From assembly GCA_910579595.1 (NCBI GenBank), contig CAJTVM010000001.1, forward strand, positions 2,406 to 66,405: DNA of 64,000 nt, written 5' to 3'. A program made the translations under genes and the position numbers. Position 1 is the first letter of the stretch; each line of letters opens with the position of its first letter. Origin of the DNA: an uncultured Oscillospiraceae bacterium (GTDB lineage: Bacteria; Bacillota; Clostridia; Oscillospirales; Oscillospiraceae). The notes beneath the pieces are model-generated. The model ran no database searches. It saw only the letters and a program-made list of their open reading frames with translations, and had not been told where the DNA came from. Positions 58,033 through 64,000 of this stretch are shown here, piece after piece.

Positions 58033-59928
58033 ATGTCAACAACGCTTACCATTCAAAGCCTCATTGAGCATTTTGAAAACCAGCTCTACCGGATCGACAG
58101 GCAGAACCTGGGGGACATCGCCGGCAGGGAACCCCAGTTCCCCCAGCTTGTGATCTATCTGGGCGGCAATGCCCGCAATGCCCACCAGGCCGTCTCCGCC
58201 AGTCTGCTGCAAACCTGGCCCCAGTACCAGGCCGAGCTGAAATTCCTGTGGGTGCAGGCCAACGGCGAAAAGCTCTCCTTTTCCCAGCTGCCCTGCGACG
58301 GGGATCAGCCAATCGCTGTCTCCGAGGAGGAGGTGCGGGAGATTGCCTCCGCCCTGTTTGGCACCAGGATGCACTTCAGCGACCGCAGCAAGCTGCTGAT
58401 CTACTATGTCCTGGACACCACCAGCTTTGCCGGCGCGGAGGAATTTACCGCCTGGCTGCCCCGCATCCGCAGGGTAAAGGATATGCTGTGCACCAGTTCC
58501 ACGGATATGCTGGACGTGCTGTACCTGCTGCTCAATGAGAATCTGAACCGGCAGAAAACGGCGTCGGCCATCCGCAACCACCTGAGCGGGTTTTACCAGA
58601 ACAACGACGCCCGGCAGGCGGTGGACAATATCCTGCTGCTGAGCAACCGGCGGAGCGACAACGCCATTTTGGAGGACTGGGACATCTGTTACAAGATCCT
58701 GTCCGCCACCATCGTGCTGTCCAACAACGCGGATACGGAGATTGCCACCGACTTTTTCTGCGGCGCGGTGATGACAGCCAGCTATGCCCGGGAGGAAAAG
58801 CCCCTACCCCAAATCGGACAGGTGGTGGTCACGGGGCTTATCGAGGAGCTTTCCAGGGCGGCGCCCCAGGGCGAGGCGCGGCCGCTGGAGGATCCCCACC
58901 TGCCCGACAGGCTGGGTCTGACCAACCAGGGGACCTTTTCCATGCTGGATCAGTACGCCGAGAGCACCCTATATTCCATGCTGCCCACCGAGGCGCAGCT
59001 GGAGCTGTTCCCGCGCCGGGACGACGCGGCCCAGACCGCCATGTGCGCTCTGCCGGCGCGGGCCTTCAACGACTACACCATGGGGGCGTGGGGGCAGTAT
59101 CTCTCCGGCGTGGCCCGGGGCATCCGGGAGAAGATCTCCATGGATTCCCCCGCCCGCACGGCCTGGCAGGAGCGGTATAAAGCCCTGCTGGTGGCCAATT
59201 TCAGCAGGGATGAGATCATCCACCTGGCCGGCCGCCTCCAGGACGTGGCGCAGATCATGTCCAGGCCCAAGGCCCCCTCTCAGGAGGCCCCGGTGCTGAC
59301 GGCGGCGCGGGATCAGCTGAAATATATGCTGTCCAGCGATCAGGAGCTGGTCCAGATTTTCCTGTCCGCCCTCCGGGAGCAGGGCCGGATTTCTCAGGAC
59401 TTCTCCGATATGTGGAGCAGCCTGATCAAATCCATGCGCAAGATCCATGCCGTCCGGGACAGTAATATCGCCACCTTCTACGATAGGAAGGTGCGGGATT
59501 TTTACGACCGGCACGGCTCCGAGCTGTACAGCGGGTTTGTGGGGATGCACGACACGGACGAGCTGGCCGCCTTCCTCACCAATACCCTGGACCACATCAT
59601 TGACAGCAATGAGATTTTCTCCTCCGCTTTTGAGGACGAACTGGAAAGCCGCCTCAGCGAGGAGGCGCTGCCGGTGGATGCCAAGCAGTACATCCGCAAA
59701 AAACTGACGGGCAACGACGTGTACGTCTACCTTCAGACCAACTTCGCGCTGGGGGATCCGCTCATCTCCGCCATCCTGCTGAAGGTGGGCACGCCGCTGT
59801 ACAATAACCTCTCCAACAACCTGCCCCCCACCACCTATTACTACAACACGGGCAGCAGCAATACCGCGGAATCCCTGGTCATTTACCAGGTTTCCGCCGA
59901 AAATCTGGTCAGCGGGGAGGAGGAGTAA
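58033..59928 (+). CDS. Hypothetical protein, possibly a degenerate tubulin-like fold
   Basis: RBS GAGG; N-terminal alpha/beta pattern (LVIYLGG, LKFLWV, LLIYYVLDT, ILLLSN), then a helical region. Confidence 0.75.
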   Translation: MSTTLTIQSLIEHFENQLYRIDRQNLGDIAGREPQFPQLVIYLGGNARNAHQAVSASLLQTWPQYQAELKFLWVQANGEKLSFSQLPCDGDQPIAVSEEEVREIASALFGTRMHFSDRSKLLIYYVLDTTSFAGAEEFTAWLPRIRRVKDMLCTSSTDMLDVLYLLLNENLNRQKTASAIRNHLSGFYQNNDARQAVDNILLLSNRRSDNAILEDWDICYKILSATIVLSNNADTEIATDFFCGAVMTASYAREEKPLPQIGQVVVTGLIEELSRAAPQGEARPLEDPHLPDRLGLTNQGTFSMLDQYAESTLYSMLPTEAQLELFPRRDDAAQTAMCALPARAFNDYTMGAWGQYLSGVARGIREKISMDSPARTAWQERYKALLVANFSRDEIIHLAGRLQDVAQIMSRPKAPSQEAPVLTAARDQLKYMLSSDQELVQIFLSALREQGRISQDFSDMWSSLIKSMRKIHAVRDSNIATFYDRKVRDFYDRHGSELYSGFVGMHDTDELAAFLTNTLDHIIDSNEIFSSAFEDELESRLSEEALPVDAKQYIRKKLTGNDVYVYLQTNFALGDPLISAILLKVGTPLYNNLSNNLPPTTYYYNTGSSNTAESLVIYQVSAENLVSGEEE

Positions 59929-59930
59929 TC

Positions 59931-60584
59931 ATGCGCTATCAATATTGCCCCAATAATCCCGACCGGTACGCCACCAACCTGCTCCGGGAGCAGGGAACCC
60001 GCAACCTGACCTGGGAAAGCGCCCGGGGCCAGGATGTGCTGCTGGTACAGACCCCCTTCGAGCAGCGGGCCGACGGGCTTATGGAGGAGCTGTGCCGCCT
60101 GATGGAGCAGTTCCCTCCCCTGCCCGGCAAGTACACGGAGATAAAGCCGGGGGTGTGGGTGCGCTTCGTCACCGCGGCGGACAAGGCCCGGATGAACGGC
60201 TGCCCCATTAACACCGAGGCCAGCACCTACTCCATTTTCAGCTGCTTTACCCAGGGGGACGTGTGCTCCATTTACGCCCAGCAGGAAAACCAGGCGATGA
60301 TCTCCGCCTATTGCAGCATCCCCATGCAGATCCATGTGGATATGTGGGAGCAGGAGCGGACGGAAGGTGTCCTGTTCAAAAAGCGGGTGGTCAAGACCGG
60401 CTATTACATCATTTCCTTCCCCCAGGAGTTCGCCGCCGGATACCGGGACGGCGATCTGGCCTGCCGGGTGGGCGAGCTGGACATCCCGGTGACAAAGCAG
60501 ATGCTGGAACAGGGCTATGTCTACCTCTGGACGGACCGCAAGCCGGAGATCTATTCCGTGAACCGGGGGCTGGAGCTGGTCTGA
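59931..60584 (+). CDS. Hypothetical beta-rich protein
   Basis: RBS GGAGGAG; starts 2 nt after the upstream stop; host-like codon usage. Confidence 0.8.
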   Translation: MRYQYCPNNPDRYATNLLREQGTRNLTWESARGQDVLLVQTPFEQRADGLMEELCRLMEQFPPLPGKYTEIKPGVWVRFVTAADKARMNGCPINTEASTYSIFSCFTQGDVCSIYAQQENQAMISAYCSIPMQIHVDMWEQERTEGVLFKKRVVKTGYYIISFPQEFAAGYRDGDLACRVGELDIPVTKQMLEQGYVYLWTDRKPEIYSVNRGLELV

Positions 60585-60644
60585 GCAGCCCCGGAAAGGG
60601 CCGGGGCCCGAAAAACAGAGAAAAAGAGTGAGGGGGAAATAACG

Positions 60645-62312
60645 ATGAGCTGTGAAATCACTTGTCCCTACTGTTTCTACCGGATGTGGGATTCTGAGGT
60701 CTTGTTCCGCTCGGAAAAGGTCAACCACGGCGAGTGCGACCTTCTGCCCGACGAGTACGATGATATTGACGATTTTGCCGTCAAGTATACCGGCCCGGAC
60801 AAGGAGGACATCTTGAACGCCTACCGGGACTGGGCCTTTTTTGCCGAGGGGGAGGACCCCGTCTACCAGGACTTCTGGGCCAAATTCAACGGCACCACGG
60901 AAAACAACCCCGCCGATGACATTCTCCATGTAAAAGCATACCGGCGGCGGGTCATCGACCCCAGCATCGCCGCCCACCGCAGGTATCTCAAGCCCCAGGG
61001 GCCGGACAACTACTTCATTTACGACGACCAGGGTATGGTCACCCAGATCGAGCTGCTCACCGGCGAGGTGTGCAACCGCCGGGTGTGCCCCCAGTGCCAC
61101 AACCCCCTGCCGGACAGCTATGGCAAAAACACGGTGAAGTTCGCCTCCGTCATCGGCATCACCGGCGCGGGCAAGACGGTCTACCTCTCCCAGCTGCTCC
61201 AGCGGATGAAGGAATACGCGGTGAAGGTGGGCCTGTCCGCCATTGTGAGCAACACCGGGGTGCGGGCCTTCCTGGAGAACAACCGGATCGCGGCCCGGGC
61301 GCCGCTGCCCGGCTCCACGCCGTCCGCGCGGCTCCAGCAGCCCCTGTTTTATGAGATGGTCCGGGACGCGGGGCAGAACCAGAAGGTCACCGAGACCTTC
61401 GTCCTCTACGATGTGGCGGGCGAGGTGTTCCGGGAGGCATCCCTGATCAACCAGTTTGCTCCCTTCATCAGCCACGCGGACGGCGTCATCGTCCTCATCG
61501 ACCCCATGCAGTTCGGCGCGGTGAGCGGCGCCACCAACGTGGGCATCGGCCTGGACCACCCCGTGACGGTGCTGGACGCGGTGCACGACATTATCACCTC
61601 CGGCCGGGCGGGGGAAAAGTCCATGGTGCCTCTGGCCGTATGCATTTCCAAGGCGGACACCCAGGCGGTGCAGCAGGTGTTCAGCCCCGAACTGCGGGAT
61701 ATGCTGCGCAACGATGTGCGGGGCATCCGGGACGCCAGAGGCTTCAATCTGCCCATGTTCAACGCCAGCGACTATAACCCCATTTTCGCGCAGCTGTACA
61801 GCTTCATTCAGAACAACGAGATGGTGCTGGCCCAGCAGCTGGAGACGAACTATGCCAACTACGCCTATTTTGCCTTCACCGCCCTGGGCTGCGATGTAAA
61901 GAATTTCAAAAAGATCCGGGACGACGAGTTTGAGAAGATCCGCCGCCAGCGGGAGCTGCAAAACGAGCCGCCCATCTCCCAGTATGTCCTGACCAACGAC
62001 GGCAGCCTGCCGGATGAAGTTTTCGAGCGCACCGGACAGGGCGAGCTGTCCACCTACCAGTGCCCCACCGGCCCGGTGCTGCCCAAGCGGGTGGAGGAGC
62101 CGCTGCTGTGGCTGTTCCACAAGCTGGGCTACATCAGCCTGGACAGGTACATCGAGGACCCCACGCGCCCCAAGGTTGTCTGCCCCGTGTGCGGCAGCGA
62201 CAACACGGAGGAGGGCCAATACCTGATGAGCAGCGGCTTCGGGCCCTTCAAGAAAAAGTGGTATGTGAACTGCTGCTGCCATAACTGCGGCAATCTCTGG
62301 GACAAGGTGTAA
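60645..62312 (+). CDS. TRAFAC-class P-loop GTPase with N- and C-terminal zinc ribbons
   Basis: G1 GITGAGKT, G3 DVAGE, G4 SKAD, G5-like FTALG; CPYC...CPQC and CPVC...CHNC. Confidence 0.88.
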   Translation: MSCEITCPYCFYRMWDSEVLFRSEKVNHGECDLLPDEYDDIDDFAVKYTGPDKEDILNAYRDWAFFAEGEDPVYQDFWAKFNGTTENNPADDILHVKAYRRRVIDPSIAAHRRYLKPQGPDNYFIYDDQGMVTQIELLTGEVCNRRVCPQCHNPLPDSYGKNTVKFASVIGITGAGKTVYLSQLLQRMKEYAVKVGLSAIVSNTGVRAFLENNRIAARAPLPGSTPSARLQQPLFYEMVRDAGQNQKVTETFVLYDVAGEVFREASLINQFAPFISHADGVIVLIDPMQFGAVSGATNVGIGLDHPVTVLDAVHDIITSGRAGEKSMVPLAVCISKADTQAVQQVFSPELRDMLRNDVRGIRDARGFNLPMFNASDYNPIFAQLYSFIQNNEMVLAQQLETNYANYAYFAFTALGCDVKNFKKIRDDEFEKIRRQRELQNEPPISQYVLTNDGSLPDEVFERTGQGELSTYQCPTGPVLPKRVEEPLLWLFHKLGYISLDRYIEDPTRPKVVCPVCGSDNTEEGQYLMSSGFGPFKKKWYVNCCCHNCGNLWDKV

Positions 62313-62341
62313 ACGATCCTGCTGAACACGGAGGGACAGCC

Positions 62342-64000
62342 ATGACGGAAAAAATTATGCAATGCTGTTACACCAACGCGGTAAAGGAGACGGGCGGCAA
62401 AATCAGCTCCGGCTGGCAGGCAGTGGTGGTATCAGAGCATATCCCCGCGGAGGCTTACGCCAACTGCGTCAGCCTGCAAAACGCCAACTCCACCATTCAG
62501 TCCCACATGGTGGACGAGCGGGGCAATGTGCTCAACCTCTTGGAGATCACCGGGGACGGAGCATACGTCTATGTCAGCCGCACCCAATACGGCCTGACGG
62601 ATCGGCTGGGCCGTCCGAATATGTTCTCCCACGCATACATTTTCCCCTGGAAGCAGGAGGGTATCCTGAGCGATCCCAATGTTTTTCTCACCCTGACGGC
62701 GGACAACTTCGCCAAGGACGAGGAGGCCGCCGCCCGGCCCAAGGAGGCTCTGGCGCGCACGGCTCCTTTCACCCTGGAGCGGGCGCTGGAGCGCTCTGGG
62801 CTGACGGAGGAAACCTACCTGACGCTGATCCGGTGCGTTTACGCCCGGTTTATGGAGCGCAAGGCCGCAAAGCCGGTTTTCGTGCAGTACGATGGCAGCG
62901 AGGAACAGATGCAGGCGATTTTGTACTGCGTCTACCGGGGCCTGCCCTTCTGCGTGCGGCGCAGCCTGTCCATTGCCTCCTCCGCCTCCAACACCACTAA
63001 AAAGCACCATCTGGTGTTTTCCACCGCCGCTGCCGGACACGAGAGCTACCTGGCGCCCCAGACGGGGGAGAACAACGTGCTCACCCCCCGCACCCTGCGC
63101 AGGATCGCCCGGTACGGCTTTGTGGACTACGCCGTCCAGAACTGCCGGGAGGATATGGAGGGCTATTTCCGCCGTTTGGAAGAACTGGCTATGGAGCTGG
63201 GGGATTCCGCCGCGTCCGACGAGCTGGTTTTGAAAATTGCCCACCAGCTGCTCCAGAACCCATCGGTGGAGAGGATGTCCGATGAGGAACTGGGCGGCAG
63301 CTTGAGCGACGCGCTGCGTTCCCGGGGCTACGGCAGCCAGCGTATGGAGGAGTATATCGGCGCCATGCTGCGGGAGGTCTGCCGCCGGAGGATTTCCCTG
63401 ACGGAGGAGAGCGTGGCTAACCTGGATCAGTGGCTGGCTTCGCCGGCGTCCGCCGGCCTGGCCGATGCCGGGGAGCAGTACAACATCTATATCATCAGCA
63501 CGCTGACGGCCCAGGACGCGGCAAGGCGGCTGAACAGCCTGCCCAAGCCCGTGTTTGAGCGCTACCGCCAGGCCTTGGAACAGAGCGAAGGCGGGCTGAA
63601 GATCCTGGACTGCTACTATGCCGGGTATGGGCTGGCGGGGAAGGAGATCACCTGGCAGGCGCTGGGGGATCTTCTGGCGGAAGCCAACTATGTTCGCGGC
63701 GCGGTGATGGTCGAGGAGCGGGTGGACAAGGAGGCGTGGAGGCTCTATGAGGCGCAGCTTGACCAGCCCGGACAGGCGGTCAGCGGCTACAAATCCCTGA
63801 TGGGGCTGATGCGCGGCCTGCTTCCCCAGGATAGGATAGCGGCCTGCGACGAGACGGCCAGGGAGAGGTACTGGGACAAGGTGACGCTGGAGACTTTCTC
63901 CGTTAACCTGTGCAATGAATACGCGGAGATGCGATCCACCGGCGCCCGCTGCCGGCTGTTTGCGGACTTTTACAAGGTTCTGCGGACCTATATGTCGCCG
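62342..64000 (+). CDS. GAP1-N2-like GTPase-associated protein (3'-truncated; not in ORF track)
   Basis: RBS GGAGGG then ATG; translated by hand MTEKIMQCCYTN...SSGWQAV...YGLTDRLGRPNMFSHAYIF; same frame reads ADFYKVLRTYMSP at the window edge. Confidence 0.8.
   Translation, partial: MTEKIMQCCYTNAVKETGGKISSGWQAVVVSEHIPAEAYANCVSLQNANSTIQSHMVDERGNVLNLLEITGDGAYVYVSRTQYGLTDRLGRPNMFSHAYIFPWKQEGILSDPNVFLTLTADNFAKDEEAAARPKEALARTAPFTLERALERSGLTEETYLTLIRCVYARFMERKAAKPVFVQYDGSEEQMQAILYCVYRGLPFCVRRSLSIASSASNTTKKHHLVFSTAAAGHESYLAPQTGENNVLTPRTLRRIARYGFVDYAVQNCREDMEGYFRRLEELAMELGDSAASDELVLKIAHQLLQNPSVERMSDEELGGSLSDALRSRGYGSQRMEEYIGAMLREVCRRRISLTEESVANLDQWLASPASAGLADAGEQYNIYIISTLTAQDAARRLNSLPKPVFERYRQALEQSEGGLKILDCYYAGYGLAGKEITWQALGDLLAEANYVRGAVMVEERVDKEAWRLYEAQLDQPGQAVSGYKSLMGLMRGLLPQDRIAACDETARERYWDKVTLETFSVNLCNEYAEMRSTGARCRLFADFYKVLRTYMSP

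Noticed and set aside
62362..63244. Track ORFs 62362-63000, 62432-63244 and 62892-63233
   Set aside because: They are alternative frames of the real gene that starts at 62342 and runs off the edge
52100..64000. Prophage or ICE origin for the tubulin/GTPase operon (PhuZ/TubZ-like)
   Set aside because: No integrase, att site, phage or partition genes are visible, and codon style matches the host

Overview
High-GC chromosomal window, most likely from an Oscillospiraceae-type, spore-forming, flagellated clostridium. The taxonomy is inferred from gene content (SASP, DUF1540, SigG-like promoters, ECF S-components) and codon style. Positions 1-52 kb are mostly housekeeping and accessory genes: ECF sigma/anti-sigma, recR, rpe, ilvA, an xpaC-telA-TPM cluster, PilZ, a GH2 beta-galactosidase, a 986-aa divergent flagellin-like gene, TetR-ABC, a RR-HK-GerMN system, dacA, ECF S-components with a MocR regulator, ilvBNC, sdaAB/AA, ilvD, trkAH, malY/patB, MATE, a heterodimeric ABC exporter and ssp. 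From 52.3 kb to the window edge is the standout locus, a co-oriented operon of at least six genes: membrane-anchored vWA protein, giant tubulin/FtsZ-like protein, possible degenerate tubulin-like partner, small beta-rich protein, Zn-ribbon TRAFAC GTPase and a GAP1-N2-like protein that runs off the edge and is absent from the ORF track. It resembles GTPase-centred conflict/signalling systems of unknown function. Non-coding findings include two copies of a 162-bp MITE, a structured interspersed repeat (one copy between two copies of the telA 3' end), a leader-peptide attenuator before the ABC exporter, a pseudoknot-capable queT leader and a candidate anti-SD sRNA. No rRNA, tRNA, CRISPR array or transposase was seen. 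All calls are by eye; no database searches were run.
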